Source of the DNA: Octopus bimaculoides
Lineage: Eukaryota
Assembly: GCF_001194135.2 (NCBI RefSeq)
Contig: NC_068997.1
Location: 28,402,813-28,466,812 of the forward strand
Direction of reading: 5' to 3'
Length of the DNA stretch: 64,000 bases
Shown here piece after piece: positions 23,801-38,200 of the stretch. Within the stretch, counting starts at the first letter, position 1, and each line of letters opens with the position of its first letter. Made by a program: the position numbers and the translations under genes. Below the pieces are notes generated by a model. That model made no database searches, was not told where the DNA came from, and saw only the letters and a program-made list of their open reading frames with translations.

Positions 23801-26800
23801 AATACCATGACTTATATGTTACACCTGCTTCAACTGTATTTCTTCTGTCTGTCCATTTCCACCCTTTGTTCCTGGGGGTGGGGGGCATTGGAGTAGAGTC
23901 CTTAAGCACCTCTTCCATAAGATCCTGTCAGAAGTAACCCTCATTACGCTTTCTGATTGGATTCCCAAGTGTGACCTATTATCCAACCAACCACTTCTTG
24001 GTCTACCCTTAGGTTTCCTGCTGGTTAGCTCAGCTTGAAGAATCCATCTTGAGATTCTTTCCTGTGACATTGTAATCACATGTCCGTAGTACCAGAACAG
24101 TGACCTCTCAATGTAGAGGAATAGCCGCTTGACTTGGAGAGGTTCAAATTATCTTGATCTGCTAAATAAAAATGCTCAACTTGTCAGATCTTTTAAATAT
24201 GTGGAAAATGTTTATGAAAAATAGAAAGGAAAAGGTTATAATAAAATTGGACTAAACTTTAGGACTGTTTCCTTAAAGAGGGAGACTTGTAGAATGTTTA
24301 AATTCTTGTGGCCTCATTTGCTTGGTACATATTATAAAATAAAAATAAACTCAAACACCATTTAAGCATGGTCAATGTCAGTGCCACCTTTCTAGCCCCT
24401 GTGCTGGTGGCATGTAAAAGCACCCACTACACTCTTGGAGCGGTTGGTGTTAGGAACGGCATCTACCTGTAGAAACCTTGCCAGATCAGATTGGAGTCTG
24501 GTGCAGCCTTCTGGCTTGCCAGTCTTCAGTTGAACCGTACAACCCATGCCAGCATGGAAAGTGGATGTTAAACAATGATGATGATTAAGAAATAATATTC
24601 CATAATTTATTTAAGCCATGACAATGGTTTTCATCAGGCAACTAGGCTGCACCAATGGTAATTGTATTGGCTGAGGTCAATACTCAGTGTTTGGCAATGG
24701 TTTGGCATATATTTATGTCAACCGGTGCAAAAACTGGTACGGATAAGACTGCTCATAATTACACCATCTTATTTAAAGTAAGTACACAGTAGGTGTAAAT
24801 TTCTGTCAACCAATGCAATGGGGGTTAAAATATATGCGATTCTACAGTTTGTTCACATGCATGTTATAAGCATATGGTCTTACTGTGGAATATTGTTTAG
24901 ATATGCTGTTCCAAATTCTTGGCAGTACAGCATGAAATTCCACAACTGTTTGCAGAATTTCATTTTCTTAAGTTTTCTTCAGTCTTTCTTTAAATTTTCA
25001 TTGTAATACCAGGGAAGAAACCACTTATAAAGGCTTACAAAGCTTATCTTAATTCCTGCATTTGTTTGCCAACAATCTTGTTATGGTTGCGTATTTATGT
25101 TTAACAGATTTGATGGCTTTGGTTTCTTCTTTCAGGAACGGAATATCCAACATTATTTACTTGATTTGTATATTTCCCCCAACATGTCTATGTCTCTGAA
25201 ATTACAAATTTTGCGTGCCCTGGACCAAACAACTCGTCTCCAAGAAGGCTTGCTGTGGTTCACTGCCAGTCATCCATCAAAACAGAAACGGCAGAGGCTG
25301 CGACGCAGGCTGGTCAGTGCCAAACAGAATGAAGAGAACGAAGACACGACTGAAAAGAAAATGTATGACATTGATGAATATCTCCAAGACATTGATGATG
25401 CTGAACAGGAGAGAGACAAGAAAGATGGCATGAGTGAAGGATGGAGTTGTTACCAGAGATTGCTTGACATAATGATGACAAAGCAGGTTTGTTCGTTTAA
25501 TATTTCTCAATCATCTTGCAACACCTTTATTTTAATACCTGTTTTATGGTTGACACCTATAGCATTCCTTCTTCCTTTCTAGACCATTTCTTACTCTTTT
25601 ATGTTCTTGATGTACATTTTAATTGTCTATATAGTAGTTATATGTACAAGTGCAGGAGTGGCGGTGTGGTTAACAAACTTGCTTTACAACCATGTGATCT
25701 TGGGTTCAGTCCCACTGCATGGCACCTTTGGCAAGTGTCTTTTACTATAGCTCCAGGTTCACCAATACCTATTGAGAGGAATTGGTAGATGGAAACTGTG
25801 TGGAAGCCTGTCACTGTGTGTGTGTGCGTGTGGGGGGGGGGTCTCTGTGGTTGTTTCCTTCCCACTATCATTTGACACCTAGTGTTGGTTTGTTTACATC
25901 ACCCATAGCTTAGTGGTTTGGCAAAAGAGACTGATAGAATAGGTACCAGGGAGTGGGGGGATGGAGTGATTTGTTCAAATAAAAGCCTTGAAGCTGGGGC
26001 CCTAGCATGGCTGCAATTCAGTGACTGAAAAGGACCAGTTAAACCACCACCTCCACTCACTTTAAATCGTCATCATCATCATCATCATTTTGTTCACTTC
26101 TTTCATTGCTGACATTGGTCTGACAAGACTTACTGAAGAAGCTGTATTCTATGACAGGATGTACTTCCCTGATGCCAATCACTCCTAACCATTGTCTTTC
26201 AAGTAAAATATTCTTATTCCGTTGATTGTTGAAATCCTTATCCAATGTTTATTACGTAATTCTTCAGATTGTCCGAGTTGCAGTTGCTGGGACGGCTTTA
26301 TTACGTAAAATCCACACGTTTGAGGTTCTTCAAAACTTCTACCTGATAGTTGAGCAGTAAGTATACGGATTCTATTTTGCTTTGGATTTGTATACTGTTA
26401 AGTGTTTCGCTTGCAGGATTAACAACAAGACTATTGAGTCTGTGATGTTACTGCTGGGTCTGCGACGTTAATGTTGAAATCTGCAACATTGCTGTTGAGT
26501 CCGTGATGTCACTACTGAGTCTATAGTGTTACTACTGAGCCTGTGATGCTAGTGTTGAGTCACTGCTGTTACAAATCCAACCCTGGTGTACTTTACCTTT
26601 CATATTTCGTTGGCTGGTAACGAATACCAATGGATGAAATTCGGACTGGGGGGATAAAATCTACCAGGGTTGATGCAAGTGACTTGAACTTAGAAAGTGG
26701 TGCTCCAGCATAGCCAGAGTCCAATGATGGATACCGGTAAAAGAAAGGAAAGCAATTATTAAAATTGTCCGTTACTTCAATTGTATTCATAGTTTTTTGT

Positions 26801-29800
26801 TTCCATTTTCAGGTTGATTGAGAATATGCCTTGCTTTGAGGAAGGTGACTTGAAGAGCGGCCAAGAGGATGTTGTCAATGGTGGTGGAGGAGGAGGAGGA
26901 GGAGGAGGAGGAAGTAATAATAATGGAAGCGGTGGAGCAGGAGGGACTGAAGACAATGATGTCGATCCTGTTGCATCAGGTGTTGCGAGCATCAGTGATG
27001 TCAATGCAGACCTCTTGATCACTTATTTAGAAGAAATAACCAAAGTTATGACACAAGCGCCATTTTTGATAGTATGTTTAAGTTGATCTCTCTCTCTCTT
27101 TCTGCTTCTTTCTCTCCCTCTCCCTGGCTGTCTCTCATTCTCTCTTCTCTCTCACTCTCTCCTATTCTTCCATACACACATACATGAACATGCATACATA
27201 TGTGCACACACTCGCCATCTTCATTTCCACTGCACCCTACATGTGCATGCAGATGCAATTGGTGATCAATAGAAGCAAGATAAATCCAAAGGCACTCAAG
27301 ACATGAACAAAGAACTGCATTATTGATCTTCAATGATTGAATTCTACTATGGTGAATGGTTTGTTCACTCTAATGTCGGCTGCACTCGGCACCAAACTGT
27401 CATACACCCTTTTAGATAACTTTTTGCTGCAAGTCTTTTAAGATCTTTGGTAAGAATCGCTTAAGCAGTGAGGATATGCTTCAGTTGACTTCTCTTAAAC
27501 CTCAACTTGTGAACGGAAACTAGTCTCACCTGGTAAGTCTTAAGACAGACCAACCCAATTCTGATTTTCATTTGATAAAAGAAGGTCACTCATAATACGT
27601 AGATCATAAATTACAAAAATGCATGCATGCTATAATTTCCACTTTTCTCCTTTTCCTCTGAAATCTCAGCGTGTCTGTCGTTTATCCTGATCAAAGACAG
27701 AAACCAATATCTCAAAGAGTGCTTTGACTTTTGTCTTTCTAGGCTCAGCCACGCCGATCCTTACCTGGCAAAGTGATATTCGAACTACGTCAACAGCCTC
27801 TTGATATTTATCCAAATCTTTTTTCTGTTTGTTACTCTTGGTGAGTGATTTTTATGTTTGTTTTATGTTGTTTTTAAGACAAGTATTTAACGTCATTTTC
27901 ATCATCATCATCATCAACATGTCCAGTGCTCACACCAGGCCCCATAGTCTGTTTTAGCTTGGTTTCTACAGCTGGATGCCCTTCCTAACTTCAGCCACTC
28001 CACAGTGTACTGGGTACTTTTTATGTGGTACCAGCGCCCAGACCAATGCTTTTTAACAGGTACCTTACATAACCAAATTTTCCAACATACATGCCAATGT
28101 ATCATATAATGTAAGCATCAAAACATTATCACCATCTCTTCAAATCTTGCTGCATTTCACATGGAATTTGTGGTCCTTTAAAGTCGTCTTTTATAGTACC
28201 CAAAATTTATAAAGCTTATTAAACTTCTTCCTTTTCACACTGTAAGAAGTTCTTCTTTTACTATTTTATTTCTTTTTTTTAACCCTTAAAATGATGATGA
28301 TTTCAATCAAATGTTGTTTGTTTTTTTTATTATTTTTGGTGTTATGTTTTCTTTCAGCCAACTGTTAGAATGTTTGTTTGTTCTGCTGTCATCTCCGGCT
28401 ACCATAAACAACTTTGGCTTGTTTGTAGCGATTAGAGATTTTTTACAGCAACTTCTGGAGACCCAGAAAGGACTCCTCTTTCTTAGTGCCAAGCCAGATG
28501 CAACAAATGGAATTCTCCGAGCTCTTGTTCAAATGGGTGTAAGTATTTCTGCTTCCTTCTCCTGCTTCATTATTACCATTTTACTCTTGAAGTATTCCGT
28601 TTCCCTAGATTTTACAAATGTTGTAGATTTCAAATGTAATCTGATTATTGTAATTATATCCAATTTTGTTTTATTGCTACTTAATTATTTGTTATTTTTT
28701 ATTTTTGCTGTTGAAAAATTATCAGTTTAAATATTTTAAAATTGAATTTCACTTACTTTCATTTCAACTGAAGTCACCAAATTAGAATAAGTCCTGTTTC
28801 ATGCCATTTAGTCTCTCTTGAAGTAATATTCAAGTTAGCAAGGAAAAAAAATACAATGCATTATTTTTAATTATTCATTTCAGAGCTGTAATATTTTGTT
28901 AAAAAAATAATTCCTTCAGTGTATTATTTCTCTTAGGTTCTAAGCTGTTGTGCACGATGTAGTCTTGTTTGTATTTCAAAAAATAACTCTTTGCTAATGT
29001 CACTTGAGAGCTTTGAACAAGCAAAATTTCATGAAGTATAGAGACAGTGAAACCAGTCAGTTTAATTCTAATTTTACAGCAAAATGTAAATACATACGTT
29101 ATAGACATGCTTTTGATGATGAGATATATATTTAACTTTGACCACCTAGTAATGGTCAAGGAACGAGCCAGGTGAAATATAGTGTAGACCAGGGGTTCCC
29201 TACCTGTGGTCCACGGACCCCTGGTGGTCTGCAAAGGTAGTGCTGGGGGCCCGTGAACATGTTAAGCTGACAGACCTTTCAATATCCTGGGCATCTGTGG
29301 GAAAACTCATTTAAATAAAAGAGGTCCTTGGTGGTGAAAAGGTTGGGAACCATTGGTGCAGATGTTCATGTTTATCAATAACAATTAGGTTAATTGCCTG
29401 TAAAGGTATAATTGTTTTAACAGTAACTCATCTCAATTATTTAAACTCCAGGATTATAACCGTGAAGAAAACAGTGAAGAAAACCCTGCCCAGCTGCTAG
29501 GGTTACAGCTGACCTATCATCTTCAGACATTGCAGTATGTTGACCAACTGGCTGACTATCACAAGAAAAGTAAGTTTGTCTCTTGTTCATTCTTTTTTTG
29601 TATTTTTGACATGATGTTCATTAAGCATGTAATTACATTTAAAGGTTTTTTAATTCGATACAAAGAATTAGGTGCAGGTGTGGTTGTGTGGTAAGAAGTT
29701 TGCTTCCCAACCACGTGGTTCTGGGTTCAGACCCACTGTGTATTACTTTGGGCAAGTGTCTTCTGCTATAGCCTCAGACCAACCAAAGCCTTGTGAGTGG

Positions 29801-32166
29801 ATTTGGTAGATGGAAACTGAAAGAAGCACATTGTATCATCATTATCGTTTGATGTCTGTTTTCCATGCTGGCATGGGTTGGACGGTTTGATTGGGGACTG
29901 GCAAGCCAGGAGGCTGCACCAGGCTCCAATCTGATCTGGCAAGGTTTCTACAGCTGGATGCCCTTCCTAAAGCCAATCACTCTGAGAGTGTAGTGGGTGC
30001 TTTTTACATGCCACTGGCACAGGATAAAATGGTTTATTTATTGTTATAAAGTTTCTCTTAATGTACAAATAAAATATTTTCGAAGCACCAACAAAATTAT
30101 GAATTCTTGTTTTTTTTCTTCCTTAGCCTTTTTTACTTAATTTATCTTGATTTTATTTTTTGCTGTTCAGATTCTTCAGAAAAGGACATCGATGAAGCCG
30201 AACCCCTTGGCGTATTACACAGCATGTACTCTATGACAATTAACCCCCTGGGAAGAGAGGCTGTCGNNNNNNNNNNNNNNNNNNNNNNNNNNNNNNNNNN
30301 NNNNNNNNNNNNNNNNNNNNNNNNNNNNNNNNNNNNNNNNNNNNNNNNNNNNNNNNNNNNNNNNNNNNNNNNNNNNNNNNNNNNNNNNNNNNNNNNNNNN
30401 NNNNNNNNNNNNNNNNNNNNNNNNNNNNNNNNNNTATTTTTCCATATTAGCATGGATAGGAATTTCTGGGATAGTCATTTTCTTTTTGTTTCTTCCTGTC
30501 TGTGAATTTGCAACTTTAACCCTTTCTGTATTTACTTTTGAGATACTTTCAGTGTAAATAAAAGGGAGATTTCCCAAACCTACCTTTTCCAATTTGCTCA
30601 GGGTTTAGAATTCAATGAACAACTAAAGTAGACATTGCATTAACCCTTTCGTTACTGTATTTCTGTTGAGATGCTCTGTGTTTCTTTCAATCAATTTTAA
30701 ATGTAACAAAGAGTTTAGTAAAATAATTTAATCATTAAACTAATGTTAGGAACATAAATTGTGACTAAAGTTTGGTGAAAGATTTTAATTCAGAGCTTAT
30801 GAAAACAAGACATTTGTACTCAGAGCCGGTTTCAGCCAGGTTGGCAATCAATAATCTTTTCCTTGACACTTTGTATGTGGATACGAAGAACATTGAAGTA
30901 ATAAAAGACAGTGGGTTATAAGCTTCACCATCTTTTATCATTTATTGTTGCTCAACATGAAAACCGACAAATTCTAATGAAATTTATATTAATATTTCTT
31001 ATTTATAAAATGCACAACTTACTGAATTGGTGAGATGATGAATGGTCCACAATCTGGTTTTCCTTTTTGTTACTGTCTGATAATTCATGGCTGAGACATT
31101 CAAATGTTCTCATATATTAAGCAGTTATAGCATAATGGGTGTACTGTTTGTTTGAAGTTTAAACTTTAATTCATCCTACCCAATGAAAAGGCTTCATTAG
31201 GTTGGCTTGATTAAGATATACTAAATGAAAACCATTCATGTAGTGCCTGAACAATCCAGTGGATTATTGGATTAACTCTGAGACCAATTTTTCATTATTT
31301 TCAAAATTAATTGAAACAAAGGCAGGGTATTTGAACAGAAATATATTCAGAAAAGGATTAATTCAATTTGCCTGTTTATTGACAACCAAAGAGGAATGTT
31401 TTTTTTTTTTTTTTTTTTTTTTTTTAAGGCAATAAGTTTTCGAGAAATTTGATGTTATGTTAAAATGTGTTGGATATAAGGGTTGACTATACTTTATATG
31501 GTATTGTACAATGCTTGAATGCAAAGATTGATTGAGGTAGCATTAGCACAAGCAATGTTTGAGAATTGGAAGATATTTGAATGAAGTTTGAAACCACTTC
31601 AAGAGTATGGATAAAAATATTATCATTTATGGTAATTCTGTAGCCTTTTATGGCCATAATTTTTAGAAATTGCAGCATTAGCTTATAAATAATATTTAAT
31701 GGGATTTTATGTAAATATAAATGGTAAGAACTTCTAATCTTAGATTTACATTTGAAATTAAAAATTGAATATTTTAAAATCTTTCTATTAAATTTAAACG
31801 CCTGCTCATAGTTTGAACTGTTTCAAAGAAAATGTGAGAAAACATATTTTGAAAATGTTTTATGTAAACAACAATTTGATAAATACTATTTCTTTTCTAT
31901 GTCATTGCTGCAGGTGATGAGGTGAAAGATGCCCGTGTGAAGAAGTCGGTGTGTGCTGGCTATGTCTCCGAATTATTACTTCTCGTCATTCGCCAATCAG
32001 ACAACATGGAAATGCTGCAACGCTTTGCTCCACAACTGCTTGCAATTAGTGAAGATGGCAAATACGTTGTCAACCCCTCCGCATCAGATCGTAAGTGGTT
32101 GGCATATTTTTAAGAAGGAACAAACCTTTAATAAACTGTGATACCTAATGTTTATTAGACAGGTTA

Positions 32167-32203
<37 letters not shown>

Positions 32204-35200
32204 ATATATGAGTAGTATAAGGTGTGGGGTTTAGAGAATTGAATGGATGGTGTAGGCATGATGTCCCAATAATCTGATAAGCTTTCTTTATTCACATTAA
32301 TTTGTGAATCTCCAATTGCAATGTATAATGGTAAGCATGCAGGGTAATGCAAACATGTATGCATAATTTATTCCATTCTGAAACTAATGAAATACACGAA
32401 CAAGGTTGTGAAACAAATAGATATAAATTCACCTCTCATACCTCCTGATTTTATGGATTTTTTTAATATATATATATATATATATATCATCATCATCGTT
32501 TAACGTCCGCTTTCCATGCTAGCATGGGTTGGACGATTTGACTGAGGACTGGTGAAACCGGATGGCAACACCAGGCTCCAGTCTGATTTGGCAGAGTTTC
32601 TACAGCTGGATGCCCTTCCTAACGCCAACCACTCAGAGAGTGTAGTGGGTGCTTTTACGTGTCACCTGCACGAAAACGGCNNNNNNNNNNNNNNNNNNNN
32701 NNNNNNNNNNNNNNNNNNNNNNNNNNNNNNNNNNNNNNNNNNNNNNNNNNNNNNNNNNNNNNNNNNNNNNNNNNNNNNNNNNNNNNNNNNNNNNNNNNNN
32801 NNNNNNNNNNNNNNNNNNNNNNNNNNNNNNNNNNNNNNNNNNNNNNNNNNNNNNNNNNNNNNNNNNNNNNNNNNNNNNNNNNNNNNNNNNNNNNNNNNNN
32901 NNNNNNNNNNNNNNNNNNNNNNNNNNNNNNNNNNNNNNNNNNNNNNNNNNNNNNNNNNNNNNNNNNNNNNNNNNNNNNNNNNNNNNNNNNNNNNNNNNNN
33001 NNNNNNNNNNNNNNNNNNNNNNNNNNNNNNNNNNNNNNNNNNNNNNNNNNNNNNNNNNNNNNNNNNNNNNNNNNNNNNTATAAGAATTTATCAAGTAGTC
33101 AGCGTGAAAAAAACCTCATAACGAAAAAAACTCATCATTTTTTTCATAAATATATATAATTTATATAAGGGCATTAACTATATAGTAACTATATAGTAAT
33201 ATAGTAATGATGAGTTTTTTTCATTATGAGGTTTTTTCACGCTGCCTACTTGATAAATTCTTATAAAGATTTTATCCTATATTATATTATATATATAGAT
33301 AGATAGATACGGGGTGGCCCAAAAGTAGGTTTGCAGTTATCACGTAGGCACTTTAAATTTCTTTTAAAACATTTTATTACATTTAAATTTCTATCTTACA
33401 AACTGAAAAGGGAGCTTGACAAAATTAACTAAATTTTTTTTATAATTAAGATCTAAACTGTTGTTATATGAATGCGAAAGAGACAGTTGAATAACTGTAA
33501 ACCTACTTTGGGCCACCCTGTATATATATGTGTGTGTGTATTTTATTTTTTAGATCATTTCAAAATTAATTTCAGACTAATTATTATCTTGTATATTACT
33601 TTACCAAAATTGATTATACTTAGTGGTTTTTGTCCTCTGAGCTGTTGCATTCTTTTATTCAGAAATGGCTACAAAAATGCAAGAAATACAAGAATGGTTG
33701 TGCCCAATAAAAAAAATTACAAGCTTCTCTCATGAGGTTCTGCAGTCTTTAATCTTACAGTTGAAAATGTATGCTGATGACGTGTTGAAGTTACCACGAG
33801 GGTTAATTACAATCCTGAGAGTGCTCAACTTCTTGGCAGTTCCACCGAAAACCAAATATGCTGAAGGTAAGTTGCTTCCATCAACTAAAAATCTATTGTT
33901 GTGTGCGATAGGCTTTGCTCTCTCTTAGGAACTACCTCAGCGATTCGCAACTGGCTCTCTGCTGGAACGATGAGGGTCCCAGTTGGTCTGATCAATGGAA
34001 TGGCCTGCTCGTGAAATTAACTTGCAAGTGGCTGAACACTCCACAGACACGTGTACCCTTAATGTAGTTCTCAGGAGCATGTTCTGAAGAGGGTGCTAGA
34101 GTCTGAGGCAAATGGACAGCGAAAGCGAGATAGACAGAGGAAAATGTGGAGGGGACAGGTGGAGGAAGAGATTGGGAGGGTTGGCTTGAGAAGTGAGGAT
34201 GCCCAAAACTGGGCAAGATGGTGAGAAGGTATGAGAGCAGTTGCTATGGCATTGGGGTAGATCTGGCCACCCCTGTTTATGGGGACAAAACCCAGATTCA
34301 AAATGATGGATGGATGATGATGATACACCCATATATCCATTTATACGCATGTGGCTCTATATATTTAGTAATTATATAAGAATATTTGGTTTTAGTTTTT
34401 GTTCTAATTCTTTTGGTATTCTCTCTCACTCTCTCACAGAACGACCAGTAGAACTGAAGTACAGTTATATCATTATTGAACTTCTCAGTGCCGATTGCTT
34501 CCGTCTTTTTGTCGTCTTCTTACAGGTATGTTGTTCACTTTTAATGATTTCTTTTCTCTAATATTTCAGTATTTCGTTTTGTCCCTCTTGTTTTCTGTGT
34601 TTCAATCCCTGTCCAATTCGACAACCGCTTTAATTTGCTTCTTTACCAAAATCAGTTCCAGTAAAATTCTGATGTCGATTTGTGCTTGATTCTGTGTATC
34701 CTCTTGGCTGTGTGGTAAGAAGTTTGCTTCCCAACCACATGGTTCCAGGTTCAGTCATGCTGGAAAACACTTGGGCAAGTGTCTTCTTCTATAGCCTCAG
34801 GTTGACCAAAGCTTTGTAAGTGGATTTGGTCGACAGAAATGGAAAGAAGCCCATCATATTTGTGTGTGTGTGCACGCGTGTATGACATAAGGAAATCTTA
34901 CCTTATTGGACAAAGGTGATGGTTAGTTACAACAAGCACATCCAGCTGTAGAAAAATCGACCATTCTGTCTGTCTCATGTGAGCTGTACAATGGGACTGA
35001 ACCTGAAACCATGAGGTTGCAAATTGAGTTTCTTAACCGCCCTGCTATGCCTGCACTTATGCAAAGAAAAAAAAAAGGAAAGAAAACCCACATAATGTAG
35101 AATGAGAGAAAAAGCAAACAAAATTATAAAATTAGTCCAACCCATGCCAGCCTGGAAAGCTGACATCAAATGGTGATGATGGTTAAAACTCTAATTTTTG

Positions 35201-38200
35201 GTTGTTTCTTTTCTTTTCTACAGAGACTTGCAGATCGGATGCAGCGGCCATGGCAACAAGGAATCCCACAAAGCAGCAGCCAGTTATCAATTGTTTTGTC
35301 TATTGTGAAACCCGCACTAAGCATTATCAATACAACATTATCATTTCTGATCATGTCAAGGGAGTCAGAGGTAAGCAGTGAGCAGAATTCTTTCTCTTTC
35401 CATCCCAAATTCTTCTCGGATGTTTNNNNNNNNNNNNNNNNNNNNNNNNNNNNNNNNNNNNNNNNNNNNNNNNNNNNNNNNNNNNNNNNNNNNNNNNNNN
35501 NNNNNNNNNNNNNNNNNNNNNNNNNNNNNNNNNNNNNNNNNNNNNNNNNNNNNNNNNNNNNNNNNNNNNNNNNNNNNNNNNNNNNNNNNNNNNNNNNNNN
35601 NNNNNNNNNNNNNNNNNNNNNNNNNNNNNNNNNNNNNNNNNNNNNNNNNNNNNNNNNNNNNNNNNNNNNNNNNNNNNNNNNNNNNNNNNNNNNNNNNNNN
35701 NNNNNNNNNNNNNNNNNNNNNNNNNNNNNNNNNNNNNNNNNNNNNNNNNNNNNNNNNNNNNNNNNNNNNNNNNNNNNNNNNNNNNNNNNNNNNNNNNNNN
35801 NNNNNNNNNNNNNNNNNNNNNNNNNNNNNNNNNNNNNNNNNNNNNNNNNNNNNNNNNNNNNNNNNNNNNNNNNNNNNNNNNNNNNNNNNNNNNNNNNNNN
35901 NNNNNNNNNNNNNNNNNNNNNNNNNNNNNNNNNNNNNNNNNNNNNNNNNNNNNNNNNNNNNNNNNNNNNNNNNNNNNNNNNNNNNNNNNNNNNNNNNNNN
36001 NNNNNNNNNNNNNNNNNNNNNNNNNNNNNNNNNNNNNNNNNNNNNNNNNNNNNNNNNNNNNNNNNNNNNNNNNNNNNNNNNNNNNNNNNNNNNNNNNNNN
36101 NNNNNNNNNNNNNNNNNNNNNNNNNNNNNNNNNNNNNNNNNNNNNNNNNNNNNNNNNNNNNNNNNNNNNNNNNNNNNNNNNNNNNNNNNNNNNNNNNNNN
36201 NNNNNNNNNNNNNNNNNNNNNNNNNNNNNNNNNNNNNNNNNNNNNNNNNNNNNNNNNNNNNNNNNNATCTGACAGCTCTTCCTGTTTTGCTTGAACTTCA
36301 CACTGTAATTTGTTCTGTCCCCAGTGCTGCTCCTTACTTAAATGACATCCAACAGGTGAGTTGTTGTGTAGCCCAGCACTTGATCTGAATGTTTTGGTAT
36401 CATAAAAATAAACTGATGGGACCGGCTTGGTCAGAGACTGCTGTTTCCCTGAACAGACGTTTACAAAACTAATCAATCATTTAAAATACCTTTAAACTGA
36501 GAAAATATTCGTAAATACATAACTGTGTAATAAAATAAGAACAAATAAACTTACTTGGATGAACATCGTCATCATCGTTTATCTTCCATGCATGGGTGGG
36601 TGGGATGGTGGACAGGAGCCAACCAAGTAGAAAAACTACCCTAGGCTACTCCATTTGTTTTGGCAGGGATTTTAAAGCTGGATGCCCTTCCTAACACCAA
36701 CCACTCTGTAGAGTGGACTCAGTGCTTTTTACATGGCACCAGCACAGGCGAGGTTAGTTTTAGCCTGATTTTTACAGCTGGATGCTCTTCCAGATGCCAA
36801 CCACGTTAGTGTGGACTGGATGCTTTTAACTTGGCACCAGCAGGGTAACCAAGTAACCCACAAGACAAGGAATCATAAGAGGGGTTGGGCATTTGAGGAG
36901 GGGAACAAAATATAGTAATTTGTAAGGAGAATTGTATGAATATGAGGCAACCCTTATGATTGCTGCTGTTGTTGTTGTTGTTGTTGTTGTTGTTGCCACC
37001 CAGGGAAAGTTGATGCCACAGTTGTAGGAATTGTGAAGTTTGAATCATGATATTTTGGGGGACATATATTTCTTAATTTGGTTTTTCAGTTAAAGTCATG
37101 GAAAGTTTGTGTCCCTGCTCTCTTAAAAAGGGTCAAAATCAGGTTCAACTGTCAGTTTTTTTCTGTTATCTTTTTCCAGATCCAGAAAACCATCATAGAC
37201 ACAGCCCTGTGTTACACACAACCAACACTTTCAGAGAACGAAGAAGGTAATTCAAAAGATCTCAAGTTCTGTGAATGAAGAATCCTAACTCACTCACGAT
37301 ACAGAAGGCTTTATAATTGGCATTTTTACTTGTTCACTTTAAATAATCACTTCACACTGTCTGTCTGTCCACTTGTCAGTCTGTCTGTCTGTCTCTCTCT
37401 TTCTCTCTCATGCACAGTCACTCAAATTTAGATTTTTTTTCTTGTTCTGCTTCTCTCTTCCCTCTTCAGTCAACTGTCTGCTTGTCTCTCTTTTTCTCAT
37501 CCCTCTCCTTTCTTTCCCCTTTTCATCTTCTCTGCTTTCTCTCTACATTTCTCTCATGCTATCACTCCTCCTCCTCCATATTTGTTGAAATGGTCTGGAA
37601 ATCAAGACATTTTGTTTAACGAGCATCGTTGTCATGCAAGCAAAATGACAATGATGCTGATGATGATTGTGTCACAATTTGTGATGAATTTGTGTCGGAC
37701 ACTAATCAATAATACATACTGAAGACACAGAAATCTATAATTACAGGTCTTAGCCAGAGCCTGTGGACATTGATGATCAAAGAATTACTGAAGCACTCAA
37801 TGACTTCACCCTATCGGTACCTCAGTGGTTTGCTGCTTCTCTCTGAACTCTTACCGTTGCCTTTACCAATACAAACAAAAGAGGTTTGTACTATATTATT
37901 TGTTTCCTATTAACCCTTTCGTTACCAACCTGACTGAAACCAGCTCTGGCTCGTTTTCGTAAGTTCTGAATTAAAATCTTCCACCAAACCTTAGTCACAA
38001 TTTATGTTCCTAACACTAAGTTATTTTACTAAATTCTTTGTTATATTTAAAGTAATTGAAAGAAATACAGAGCATCTCAAAATAAATAAATACAGTGACG
38101 AAAGGGTTGATTAATTAATCTTTTTTTTTCCATATTAATGTACAGGTGTGGCTGTGTAATTGAGAAACTTGCTTTTCAATCACCTGGTTCTTGGTTCAGT

